A DNA stretch of 64,000 nt. Origin: Eledone cirrhosa (Eukaryota). Of the stretch, positions 11,913 to 25,179 are shown one piece after another; position 1 is the first letter of the stretch, and the number at the start of each line of letters is the position of its first letter. The notes below the pieces were generated by a model. That model worked only from the letters and a program-made list of their open reading frames with translations, ran no database searches and was not told where the DNA came from. Where the stretch lies: contig OZ024742.1 of NCBI GenBank assembly GCA_964016885.1, positions 326,244,001-326,308,000 on the forward strand, read 5' to 3'. A program made the position numbers and the translations under genes.

Positions 11913-13164
11913 CACTTCCTTATTTCTCCAGTTGGGCTATCTTGTGTAACTGTCTCTGATTGTGTGTGACTGTCTCCTATTGTTTGTCTTCTATGTATAT
12001 GAGTCGGTGAGTGTATACGTATGCCTGCGGGAGGATATTGATCTGGATATTGGGGTGTACAGGTGAGTGGGTGTGTATGTTAATAAGCACCCCTGTTTGG
12101 CACAGCGGATGTAACCCATCCACGCTCGCCTACCCACCATTGGTGCATTGGTGGGTCTATCCTGACGTGTATCTTGTGGATCTGTACCTCTGTATGCGCA
12201 TGAGTTGTGATGTAATGTATCTATGTGGAGCGTGTACTGTGATATAGGCTGCACTAATAGAAATTTAGCCTGTAACTGTGGGCGGACCTGTGCCATCTCG
12301 CCGTAAGCAGTAGATACGTGGCGCATGTACGTGTTGCCCTCCTATTCTGTGGTTTAAGATCTACAGGCTGACTTCTGGGAGCTCTTGCCCGGGGTTGTAG
12401 TCTTTCTAGCACGATCGGCCTTCCATATATTGACGGTCGTTGTTATGATCCCGAAAGTAACGTTTTGGCCCCGATAGCCCTCCGTAGTTACTAACGGTCT
12501 GTGTACACTTAAATCGGGCAATGGCACGTGCGGACATGATTATCTCCGTAGGAATTCAATTTTATTTTACTACATCTCATCGTATGTATTTATTTTGAAT
12601 GTATTATCCGTGGTGGTGGGTCTTGCCTAATGTGGTATTTCTGTGTTTAATATCAGCTTTGACCCGGGTGTCCTACGCTGTGTGTGTGTGCGTGTGTGTC
12701 TGTGTATACATTTATATGTGTATGGGTGTAGGTGGTTGTATATGTCTGTATATAAAAAATATATATATATATGTATACCGTCTCTGCATATGCATGTGGT
12801 GTGTATATGTGCATATACGTGCTGAACATATTGGTGTGTATAATCTTGTGATGTCCCAATGCGGTGACTTCATGGCTCTTGAAGCTATTTTTTATATATC
12901 TTTTGTCTTTTTATATATCTTTTGTATGCGCTCCAACTGTGTCTGCTTGCTTTGGCTAACCCGCCTGCACCTCGCTTTCGGCCTCTTGCTACTGCACGTG
13001 AATTCTCCTACCTTCCTTCGATGCACCTCTGTTTGACCATTGGACTCCTGCCCGGGTGTGAACCGGTTTGTGATTACCCCACCGCTCAACTGTGTGAATG
13101 CACACCCGTGACTTTCGAGTGAACTTTTGAGACTGCCCAACCTGGGACGCCTCCATTGCCTTGC

Positions 13165-13325
13165 AATGGTCAAGTGATACTGGTGACTGTGACACTTAGT
13201 GCCTTCGTGGGCCCCTGATATTTTCAAGAAATATATTCTAAAAAAATGGTCAAGTGATACAGATAACTGTGACACTTAGTGCCTTCGTGGGCCCCTGATA
13301 TATTCAAGAGATATATTATAAAAAA
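13165..13325 (+). repeat. About 80-bp tandem duplication in the PLE 3' UTR (mirrored at about 10612-10771)
   Basis: AATGGTCAAGTGATAC..ACTGTGACACTTAGTGCCTTCGTGGGCCCCTGATAT occurs twice. Confidence 0.85.
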
Positions 13326-13410
13326 ATATATATCTTACCTCAATTTACTTTATTTTATTTTATTTTATTTATTTATTTATTTAATTTCATTTATTTATTT
13401 ATTTATTTAC

Positions 13411-13446
<36 letters not shown>

Positions 13447-14052
13447 TTTTAATTTTAATTTTATTTATTTATTTAATTTTATTTATTTATTTATTTATTT
13501 AATTACATTTAATTATAATTATATCTTATATTATATTATTTTACTTTAGTCTATTTTATTTTACTTTAGTTTACCTTATTTTATCTTATTTTATGATTAT
13601 ATTATATTATGTTCTATTTTATATAATTTTAATTTTAATTTTATATTATTTTATTTCATTCCTTACCCTGTATCACTATTATCTGTATATTTTATATTTT
13701 ATATTTTATATGTAAGTTTGTTATATTTTTTTATATTTTCTTATATATATTATAAGTCTGTTTTTCACCTATTTTTTACCTACTCTTACCTAATCCTATC
13801 TATCTTATCTACTCTTGTCTGTTCTCTTATCCATGTGTATGCTTGTATGTAACTATATGTTGACAGCACCCCGCCCAACTGTGACTGATAGCACCCCTTA
13901 TTTTTCATTGTTTATTTTATTATTTTTATTTTTATTTTTATTTTATTTTTATTCTTATTTTTACTTTTACTTCCTTAATATCCTTTATCTTCTATTATTT
14001 TTCATTGTTCAATGTCTTGGATTTGTTATTGCTTGTGTGGTATGTAATTAAC

Positions 14053-14110
14053 CTTTATGCTCTGATGAGTCCCACTTATAGTGGGGATGAAACAATGTTA
14101 GCAAGTAAAG
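14053..14110 (+). ncRNA. Minimal type I hammerhead ribozyme
   Basis: CTTTA-TGCT / AGCA-(AG)-TAAAG stem I; CTGATGA at 14062; stem II GTCCCACT-TAT-AGTGGGGAT; GAAAC-AAT-GTT cleavage site. Confidence 0.85.
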
Positions 14111-14235
14111 ATATGCATATGCTATAGGCGTTCTTTGTTATTTATTATATCACGGCTCTGTCCTCAGACATCGAGCTAACCTTATACTGCCTGCTGGATA
14201 AGTGGAGTGTTATACACCGCTGATCCTCTCCCTAG

Positions 14236-14413
<178 letters not shown>

Positions 14414-15124
14414 TTATATATACATATATATATATATGTATGTAGAAATGTATATATGTATGCATGTCTATATGCCTCTATGTATGCATGCATGCACATA
14501 CTATTTACAAATATACAATGGTTCTTGGTGGGCAAGGCAAGCAGGCTATAATCATTAATATTTATCATTAAACACATAAGTAAATGCTTTCCTATTCATT
14601 ATTTTTAAACAGAGATATTCTAATACATAAACTTCAATGTATAATTCAGTAAACTGGTAATTATTGTATGTTACACAGGTGCACTTTCCCTCTGCCTTTA
14701 AACCTTAATATATACGTAGAGCATTATAAATTCATTCTATAGCAAGTGAAACTTTAGGATAACATTTAACAATGGACATATTTACATTTTCAACTGGTCG
14801 ATAAATCAATGTAGCGTTGACAGGCTTTACCGACCATTATAATTAGTACATAAGAATATGAGAATTTGATATTGACATCAAAATGTACTAAACATAGAAA
14901 CTATGAATGTTACTAATAAACGCAAGGCATCGAGATGAAAATGAACATAACGTGTGATCAGTTACGCATATATACATGTGTATGTGTATACAAATGTACA
15001 TACATTTATCTGTGAGTGTGCGCACATGTATGAGTGTATACGTTTCTTTACAATTCACTATGTTTTATCTCATGAGAAAGTTTTATCCATTTCTACGTTT
15101 ATACAATATATGTATATATAACAT

Positions 15125-15167
<43 letters not shown>

Positions 15168-15169
<2 letters not shown>

Positions 15170-15598
15170 AATCTAAATCTGAGTATTTCGAATATTAATA
15201 ATTGTTTTTACTTTTGGCACAAGGCCAGCAATTATCCCAGTGTATTACTGGTACATTATTTTATCGACCCCGTAAGGATGAAAGGCAAAATTAACCTCGG
15301 CGGGATTTGAACTCAGACCATAAAGGGCCATAACTCTTTGCTGCAAGGCATGGCGTCCGACCCTCTACCGATGCTGCCAATCTCCCGCCCTATTAATAAT
15401 AATATTCGATAGTTTACAATCATGCAAGCAGCCTCTTAAGCCATGTGAGAAGGATGACCTCGTCATTCTATTCACATGGCTTAAGAGGCTGTTTGCATAA
15501 TTGCAAACGTATCGAATATTATTTTTAATATTCGAAAAACTCAGATATTCTTGTATTCAGCCATGAAGAGTGATAAGACTATCTTTCAGGTATATAGG
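15168..15598 (+). mobile_element. PLE-like palindrome + tail, interrupted by a SINE
   Basis: Arms ATCTGAGTATTTCGAATATT..CAGCCTCTTAAGCCATGTGA / TCACATGGCTTAAGAGGCTG..AATATTCGAAAAACTCAGAT, then an unduplicated tail; (TA)n flanks. Confidence 0.65.
15203..15390 (-). mobile_element. Full-length SINE with TSD
   Basis: SINE core; TATTAATAAT duplicated at 15193-15202 and 15391-15400. Confidence 0.9.
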
Positions 15599-15607
15599 TA
15601 TATATAT

Positions 15608-15815
15608 AGTAGAATAATCGAGAATCGGAATATCAGCCAACGAAATCACGATAAACAATATCCGATATATGTGGCAGAGGGCTCAATAATTTGGAAAAAT
15701 CAGAGCTATAACTATCGTTAAAATACCAACACATAGAGGTCATGCCTAAAATCACCCATGCAGCCGAAAATACACGACCAGGAAGATTCGGGTCACTCAA
15801 ATAAAATATCAAATA
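15608..15815 (-). mobile_element. Dispersed PLE-like terminal fragment (homolog at 62830-63050)
   Basis: Shared CACGATAAACAATAT..GGCAGAGGGCTCAATAAT..ATCAGAGCTATAACTATCGTTAAAATACC. Confidence 0.65.
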
Positions 15816-16034
15816 TATATATATATTTCGGGCTTTTTGTTCCTTTATTGTTTTGTATTTTTATATTTATCTCTTTTATTATCCCTGTATTTGTGCACTT
15901 TTTTATTATTTTTAAAATTATTTTCTTATTGTTTCTGATCATGCTGAGTAATACCCTCACTCTTCCCTTGCTACCCTCTCCCAACCTCTTCATCATCTAT
16001 TGCACCATTTAAGTGATAAAATTTATATATATAT

Positions 16035-16148
<114 letters not shown>

Positions 16149-16430
16149 CAGCGTATTTAATACGAAGCAATGTTGGATATGTAGCAGAAGACTGATAATT
16201 TATTGTTAAGAAGGTACAATATGGTAGGAAAGTACGATGGACAAATGATGACAAATAAATCAAACCAAAATAAAGCAATGTTTTAGCCAGTATGTTTTAG
16301 CATTATATTTTAGAGCTATCTCCCTTTTTCCGTCGTTAAGGGTCTTTACCATATTTTGTAAGCTACTGTATAGCATCTCCGCGCAAGAACACAACATTAA
16401 TTATATGTGTGTGGTGTGTGTGTGTGTGTA

Positions 16431-16500
<70 letters not shown>

Positions 16501-16586
16501 TGTATGTGTGTGTATGTGTGTGTATGTGTTTGTGTGCGTGTATGTGTGTGTGTGTATGTGTGTGCGTGCATGTGTGTATGTATGTG

Positions 16587-16888
16587 TTAAGAAAAGCAAA
16601 ACGAGATTTCCTATTGAGGTTTTTATCGATTAGGCTCAATTACGAACGTTTCCTATATGAGATTTTGGTTTTGCTTGATTATCAAGTCTAATCAGCCGAT
16701 TGGTGCTGAAGTCGGGTCTATAACACATCATTGGATATTGAGCTACTCATCTGCGAAACTTTCGTAACTGATCCTAATCAATAAAAGCCTTAATGTGAAA
16801 CCTTGTTTTGTTCTTAAAGCTATACCAGAGACTGCTAATATTGGTACATTCCTCAGAAAACCACAAATCGACTGATTCATCTAATCAT
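16587..16888 (+). mobile_element. Older PLE-like mirror arm + tail
   Basis: Diverged inverted repeat about 16588-16647 / 16761-16817, GAAAC-TTTC-GTA half-HHR, unduplicated tail ending in (TA)n. Confidence 0.5.
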
Positions 16889-16952
16889 ATATATATATAT
16901 ATATATATAAATGTATATATACAAACAAATATATGATTAGGTGAATCAGTAG

Positions 16953-17034
<82 letters not shown>

Positions 17035-17080
17035 GTGTGCGTGTGTGTGTGTGTGTGTGTTTGTGTGTGTGTGTTTGTAA

Positions 17081-17261
17081 ATAATTGTTTCTACTTTTGG
17101 CACAATAACCCAGTACATTACTGGTACTTTTTTTTATCGACCCCGTAAGGATGAAAGGCAAAGTTAACCTCGGCGGGATTTGAACTCAGATCGTAAAGGG
17201 ACGTAACTATGCTGGAAAGCATGGTGTCCGACCCTCTAGAAATACTGCCAATCCACTGTCC
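17081..17261 (-). mobile_element. SINE
   Basis: Reverse-complement SINE core; a short SINE 3' end is also at 17337-17397 (+). Confidence 0.9.
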
Positions 17262-17397
17262 TGTGTGTGTGTAAATAATGTAATATATATATATATGTGT
17301 ATCTAACATGATATATATGTAACAGACAGTATTATTAAAGTACCAGTAATGCACTGGGTAATTGCTGGCCTTGTGCCAAAAGTAGAAACAATTATTG

Positions 17398-17653
17398 ATT
17401 TGGGTGTCATAGAAACCCTGCATTTGGATTTTCCATTTGGGTCCAGGTTTTTATCATTTATTTTGTTTGACCTGTTTGGCTTGATTTGTTTTTTGGCTTA
17501 GGTGGTTAATGCCTTCTTAACCACTTTTTCAGTTTGTATGGCGTTTTAACATATTGTTTAGCTCTGGTTTTTAACTATTGAGCTCTTGCCAGCATTTCTA
17601 CGATTTTGCGTTTCGTTTCGCTTTTTCTACCAGCCGAAATACTATTCTCGCTG

Positions 17654-17660
<7 letters not shown>
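17398..17660 (+). mobile_element. Dispersed repeat family (reverse copies at 21245-21560 and 35500-35700)
   Basis: TTTGACCTGTTT.GCTTGATTTG..GCTCTGGTTTTTAACTATTGAGC..ATTCTCGCTGAAT is shared by three loci, each ending at (TA)n. Confidence 0.7.
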
Positions 17661-17719
<59 letters not shown>

Positions 17720-17985
17720 ATATATTGTTATGTACATTTAAGATATATCAAAGAAGACGGGTTTATAGTAGGTGTGAATGTGAGAAAGAGAAAGGGATAG
17801 AAAAAGAAATAGATTGGGAGAGTAAGGGAAGGAGAGAGTGAGAACATATAGGTAAACAAAATGAAGGAATGGAAATGGCTGATTGTATGAATAAGAGAGA
17901 TTGTCAGAGAAAAGTGTAGAAGTAAAACTTCAGGTAAAACGTTGACGAGACGAAAGTAAAACTGAAAAAGAACATTAAATATATA

Positions 17986-18087
<102 letters not shown>

Positions 18088-18201
18088 CATACATATTTAA
18101 TGTTTTTTTCAGTTTTATATATGTTCTTTTATATATATTTAATGTTCTTTTTCAGTTTTATATATATATATTTAGAGAGAGAAAGAGAGAGAGATAAATA
18201 A

Positions 18202-18264
<63 letters not shown>

Positions 18265-18629
18265 TGTATATGTACGTGTGTGTGTGTGTTTGTGTGTGAG
18301 TGTTTATACATAGGAAGAGAGTGGAGAGAGAGAGGGCATAATGAGAAGGAGGGAGACATAAATACGTAAATAATACAGACACAACGAGGGAGAGAGAGAG
18401 TGTGTGTGAGAGAGAGACAATGTATATGTGTGTAGGTGGTATTTCGAAACAGCTGTTTAGTTTCTCTTTTAACTCTATAAAAAAGCAGGCCACACACTTA
18501 CCCATATGTATCTACATAAAAGTGAAGATAGTTTCTGTAATCTATCAACTAGATTGAAAGTATTCAAAACATAAATTTTAAAAACTTGATTCAGTGGAAT
18601 GATACGAGATGCCCCCCCCCCTCTTCCCC

Positions 18630-20710
18630 ACAGCCCCGGCGGACAGAATGGAGAAGGCGTTTCTCCGGAAGACAGCAAGGGAGACGCGCTAGAAAAGGCA
18701 CTCCAACTCGCGGGGCACACACTAGCGGCTGGCAAGCTCAGAGACTATGGTAGTGAGTAGGGAGGTAGCCCTAGGGCTGAGGACACCAAAAGTCTCCACT
18801 GCCAAGGGTACAACTGCAAACCTGTCGCAGAGCGACCGGTATTTGAGGAGTTTGGCCTCCTCAGCTCGACGTGCAGCAGAATCTGGGTTAGTCGCAGACT
18901 GCTCCAGGTTGCGGCAGCAGAAGTGTCGGTGCCAGCGGCATCCCAGACAAGCTGTTTGCCACCGCGGAACGGGAAGATAGTCATGCCATCTGGCCTTTTG
19001 CCGTCCCCTCAGTCAAGCCCCACCGGCTCGAGCTGGGAAGGGAAGCTTGCAGCGTCCAAGCCATGTTTTATGACCTCGTTGAAGGCAGGATGGCGTGGAT
19101 GGCGGCCGACACTGTGTCGACAGGAAAGCGGGTGGAGGAAAGAATCCACAGTGGATCCGCAGCGACATTGGTGTGGAGGCCGATCCGGAGGCCGAGCCTC
19201 AAGGAAACGCCGATGCGCAGGCTATTGTTCTTTAGCTGCGTGCCAGTGGAGAAGGGGGGCAGGGCATGGAGCCAGGCACCACTATGGGGTTTGAAGGCCG
19301 CACAAAAACAGGCAAGGCGGTGCTGCTCGAGCTGGCGCGTGAGCCTGTCTGAGGCCAGGCTGCCTACTGGATGGCATTCCAAGTGCTTTGGGGGGGACAT
19401 GAAATCAGCAGGGGGAGAAGGAGGAGAGACGTCTACTGGTCTAAGTCCCAGCCGGTCCCACGCCTCACAGGCGGCCTCACGCTCTCTGAACACAGAGGGT
19501 TCTGTTGTTTTGAAGAACCCTGCTGACGAGGACGCGGCATGAGTTTACCGACGAAAGAAACTTAACGTTGCATATCTCGTCGGCTGCTGTTCAGATATAA
19601 GTATCGACGTCAGCGAGGAGAGATGTGTGGGTGTGTAGCACGGAGCTCTACGATGGGAATAGAGGAGCTTCGGCACGGCGAAGCAGTTCCTCAACAGAAA
19701 GAGAGCTGGGTGGCCATCGATCAAGCCCAGTCGGCTCGTGAGGGTCTGGAGTTGTTGAAGCCTGGACCTGATGGTGGATCGGTGACCCGAGGATGACGAC
19801 ATCCTCTTTGGGGCTCACCTGTACCTGGTGGAGAATGGAGCGCACGTCCCAGACGGAGGCTGCAAAGCTCTCAGCATCGTGGTTGACATTCAGGACCGCC
19901 AACTTGGCCGAGTTGACCTGGAGGCCGATTCCCGCAAGGGAAGGAACCACCGTTTGTAGGTCATGGCAGACAGTCTAAACGGGCCTGCCCAACGTAGCAT
20001 CATCCAGATACCAAACGTTGAGAGGGGCCGTGATACTCCAGGCGATGTGGTCTATGCCAAGGGAAAACAGGAGGGGTCCCAAAGGGTCACCCTGTTGGAC
20101 CCCAGTGGGCGAAGATATGACCGTATCAACAGTAAGGAGCATGCTCGGGGCTCCATATGACAGGTAGGCCAGCGGGTAGGCAGAGGGGGCTCGGCTGGGG
20201 CAGGCATCGAACAGATGGTCCCGGCGTAAGCAGTTGAAGGCATTCCTCGTGTCAAGCTTGACGATGAAGTGCCTGAAGTCCCTGGACGTCGATTCCGGTG
20301 AGCAGCTGTTGAAGAACTGCCTGGTTGCATGTGCGGCCCCCTCACAGCCACCGGACACGCCGACACCCAGTTGCACCGGACTGAATCCCTCACCCAGTTC
20401 GGATGTTATGGACCTGCAGATAACCTTGGCAGCCAGCCTCCGGAAGACATTGCCCACAGCGATGGGGCGTATACCACCCTCTTTCTTCCTGAGAGCGGTG
20501 AGGCGCTAGCCGAAAAAACGAGGCCTCGGGCGTGAGGGTCCAGGGCACCATGGATGAGCCTATTGGTGAGTGCCACAATTGCACTCAGAAGGCGGCGACC
20601 GGCCTCAGCGGAGAGGGGGGGATAGCAACTCCTAGAGGTGGCCTGGTCGGAGACCATCAGCACCTCCGCTGCTCCTAGCTGGGAAGGACTTTATGGCGGA
20701 CAACAGGGAA
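18630..20710 (-). mobile_element. Decayed CRE-clade non-LTR retrotransposon (RT + restriction-like endonuclease)
   Basis: PIAVGNVFRRLAAK, QLGVGVSGGCE, KLDTRNAFN, GVQQGDPLGPLLFSL, WYLDD; [28 protein letters not shown] and RVSLAVFRRNA at the C-terminus; several frameshifts; markedly GC-rich. Confidence 0.88.
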
Positions 20711-20829
20711 ATCGTACATTGACCCCGGATGAAGAAAAAGCAAATTGAGGTCAATGGGATTCAAACACAAATGTAAACTGATAGCTTCTATTTTAGTCAA
20801 AAGAATAACAATTTCGCTGTGAGGTGAAA

Positions 20830-21140
20830 GTGGACTATATTGGCCCCTGGTATTAACTGTTGATTTATTGACCCCGACAGGACAGCAGGTAAAGTTGACG
20901 TTGGTAGGATTTGAAGTTAAAATGTAAAGTCATGGTTTCTAATTTACGCCCAAGGTCAATATATTTATGGGGAAAGAGAATGTCAATTAAATCTACCCCA
21001 GTACTATATTTTATTGCTCCCAGAAGGATAACAGATAAAATTGAGCTCCTTGTGGATTGAACTCAGAACATAAATGAACGGAACACGTACCACAAAGAAG
21101 TTTCTCTGACGTTTGAGCGATTCTGCCAATCAACCGCCAA
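20830..21140 (-). mobile_element. Degenerate SINE copies
   Basis: TTTATTGACCCCGA..AGGTAAAGTTGAC..GGATTTGAA and GAACTCAGAAC..TTCTGCCAATCAACCGCC remnants. Confidence 0.55.
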
Positions 21141-21848
21141 ACCAACACAAAAAACAATACCAGCCAGTCACACACACACATATTATATATATATATATAA
21201 AGAGAGAGAGTCCCAAAGTATAACAATATATATATATACAAATAAAGATTCAGCGAGAATCGCATTTTCGGCGGACAAGAAAAGCGAAGCGAAACGCAAA
21301 AATCAGAAATGATACTCGGAAAGTGCTCAATAGTTAAAAACCAGAGCCAAACAATGTGTTAAGAAGCCATACAAAACTGAAAAGGTGGTCAAGAAAGCAT
21401 TAACCACCCAATCCAAGGACCAAATCAAGCTAAACAGGTCAAAACAAAATAAATAATTAAAAATAAGTGATAACTAGACCTGGATTCCTGGAATTACTGT
21501 TAAAATCCGATGTAGAGTTTCTGTGACACCTAAATCAAAATACAGTCTGCTTAAAAATATAAGCTTTGTGTATAACGATCGAACAATGAATATCACGTTA
21601 TCAACAGGTATTTCGCTCTGTACCAAATAAATGAATGACACGGTAATAAGTTAAACCACGTGTGGAAATCTCAAGGGGAATAACCCCAGATTTTGGCAAA
21701 GTAATTCAGTTGGTGTAAATCATGCTAAAAATAGCATAAATAGCACACATCGAATAAGTTCTCAACCGAGTAGTTTAAAATAAACTTATACAATTAACCT
21801 GTCAATAGAAATAATTAACAAGTTAATTGTAAAACACGGGAGATTAAT

Positions 21849-21970
<122 letters not shown>

Positions 21971-22220
21971 AGGAAAATGCGAAGTTCGGTGTGGAAGTTT
22001 GAGGAACTATTAATAAAACTGCGGTACATATATATGGGATCCATGGCAACGCCATGGATCAATCATGCAACCAGTCACGCAACATCATCAGACAACATCT
22101 TATGTAAATTCATTATACATATACTCTCTCGCTAACTGACAAATTATATCTGGAAGAAAATACATATCGTTGAGCGGCGCTTAAATTGAATTGCTTCCTT
22201 GTTCACTATATGTATATGTA

Positions 22221-22261
<41 letters not shown>

Positions 22262-22402
22262 CATGATAGAACCAGTTTGAAACTGGTTAGACCATTACTC
22301 AACTACTTGGGGTAGTAGAGTATGTCTATATTATAAAGAGCCAGAACTCGATGACTGAGTTAGTTCTTGCCATTTCAAAAGCTAGTTCCAGATATAAGTG
22401 TA

Positions 22403-22461
<59 letters not shown>

Positions 22462-23239
22462 ATACTTCGGAGTAAACAGACTCACCAGCGCACTTCGTCG
22501 AGTGCTCTACCCAGCATACTGAAGTGTCAGTGATTAACCAACACCTACTCGAATTAATATATATATATGCACGCGTGTGTGTCTGTTTGTGTGTATCTGT
22601 GTATCTGTGTGTGTGTGGGGGGGGGGGTATACATGTTTTCTTTTATCGTCCCGTATTTACTGGTTTGACAAAAAGTGATCGATAATGTAAATATTCGAGA
22701 TGAAAAAGGTACTGAGATCGATTTGATCAACTTAATCCTTCAAACCCGATACCTCAACATGGCCGTGATTTAATGACTGAAACCAGTAAAAGAATAAAAG
22801 AATAAGAGATTAACTACAAACCCATTCGATTTAAAAGAGAATATAGTCGATTATATGAATCACAGGTATGTATTTTTGAAACATCATTGCTTGAGATGAA
22901 ATCACATTCATTCTGTCAATTTCTATTACTCTAAAAATCTATGTACGGAGACAGAAATAGAAGGAAACTTCTCTGTTTTAACATTCTGAAATTTCTCAGT
23001 TGAAATTTGAGGAATGTTCCAGTAGATGTAACGAGATTTCTAAAAAGATGAAGCTGAATCGTTAGAACGTCATATAAAATAATCCACGCTATTCGTTTCA
23101 GCTCACTGCGCTCTGAGTTCAAAACTCACCACAATCAACTTTGCCTTTCACCCTTTCGAGAAGGAGAAATACAGTGGGAGGACTGAGGTCTATCTTTTCT
23201 CTTCATTTCACAATGTCTCACATTATTTCCCTCTCTGTA

Positions 23240-23431
23240 GGGCGGTGGATTGGCAGTATCGGTAGAGCGTCGAACAACATGCATTGCAGCATAGTTACGG
23301 CCCTTTATGGTTTGAGTTCAAATCCCGCCGAGGTTAACTTTCCCTTTCATCCTTACGGGATCGATAAAATAAAGTACCAGTAATACACTGGGATAAATGC
23401 TGGGGTTGTACCAAAAGTAGAAACAATTATT
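23240..23431 (+). mobile_element. Full-length SINE
   Basis: GGGCGGTGGATTGGCAGTATCGGTAGAG head plus core plus AGAAACAATTATT end. Confidence 0.9.
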
Positions 23432-24100
23432 TTCCGTCTCTCTGGAAGTAATTGGTTGTGGTCAGTCACACCTGGTGGGGGATGGGCTGCACCAGGTTTA
23501 AATTGCCTTGCCCAGGACATGACGTCTTTCTCGACGGTGTCTCTACAAATTTATTTGGAATTCAGGCACCATAGATAGCATGGATATTAGCAGAAAATGG
23601 CCTTAGAACGTCGTTTCTAACCTTTCAAAGACACATTTTATTAAAATACTTACACTTAAGTATATATTATAGCCAATTATTTGTCGTTGGAATTTGGAAA
23701 TTAATTCACGTATCACCTCCCTGTACAACATTTGTAGACCATGAAGATAGCCATGGCTCCTGCTTTGGAACTGTTAAGCTAAGGTTTCTAATTTTAAAAA
23801 ATTCGAGACACAAGGGAAATTTTCCGAATGGGTGCGCAGTATAAGCTATTGGAGTGATTCCAATATAATAAACAAGGATAAATAAATATCTAAGCGCCAT
23901 AGCGAAAGGGATTTAACGAATTCAACACATGAAAGTGTCGATTCTATATACTCCGTGACATTTATACAGACACACTGACCTTTAAAAAGTAAAAAAATAT
24001 CGTATTTTATGTGATGTTGGTACAGAAGGTGGCTTCCAATCAATACATACATATACAAATAACTTGTACAGCACTAAAATTGTATAATTCGTATGAAATT

Positions 24101-24180
<80 letters not shown>

Positions 24181-24189
24181 TATATATAT

Positions 24190-24351
<162 letters not shown>

Positions 24352-25179
24352 TTAGTAATGTTGTTTTGTGGCGAGTCTGCAACTTGCACCTCAATCCTTG
24401 AATCTGGTTGGGAAAGACCATAATTCACATGCCATGATGTTTAAGTCTTTCTTGGCTCTTCAGAAGAATGATGTGCATATTTGACTTGGAAATACCTGTC
24501 TCTTGATTTTAATATATAATAGTTTCTTCAAGACATTTCCACTATATCTCCCAGAATGCACAATTGTCATTTGGCATGTAACACAATAAAATCGTAGGGA
24601 ATATGTGTAATTCAGCTGATGACGAAACCAAATTGATGTTTTCTCCATCTTCATGCTACAGAACAAGCCTCATGCATATATTTTTTTTAATGTTTTACAT
24701 TCAATTCCATGAATTGTCTTCAAATCATTACATGATATTGAACATGTCTTGTGATAAAGGTTCATTCTGAGGTAATAGAATTAAGATATTTGTATTTGTA
24801 GATATCCAAAATAGTCCCGCATAAGCTGCTGTTCTCGGATTAGTTGCCATGCCTTTCCTCTTTGCTGCTTCTTGTTCGTCCAATTTAAACATTTTAGAAC
24901 TAAAGAATGCAGAATGTTTCTTGTTTACGCGTTTTAATCAGTTTCGTGACTGGATAAAATCGAGAGTATAAACGACAAAGAAAGTATTAAGAATAACAGT
25001 ATTAGACTGAATAAAGGATTTGTTATATACCCATAATGGCACGAATTCTGTAGGATGCGCAGAATTGTTTTCATCAACCCCAATACTTAACAGGTAATTA
25101 TTTTATTAACAAGCTACTCATCAGATTTCTAAATGCTAAGCCGACTCTAGTTCCATTTTGAATGAGATCGATCACGCTG

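Noticed and set aside
18600-20710. Bacterial contamination or a horizontally acquired gene, suggested by high GC
   Set aside because: Encodes eukaryotic CRE retrotransposon motifs with frameshifts and is embedded among host repeats.
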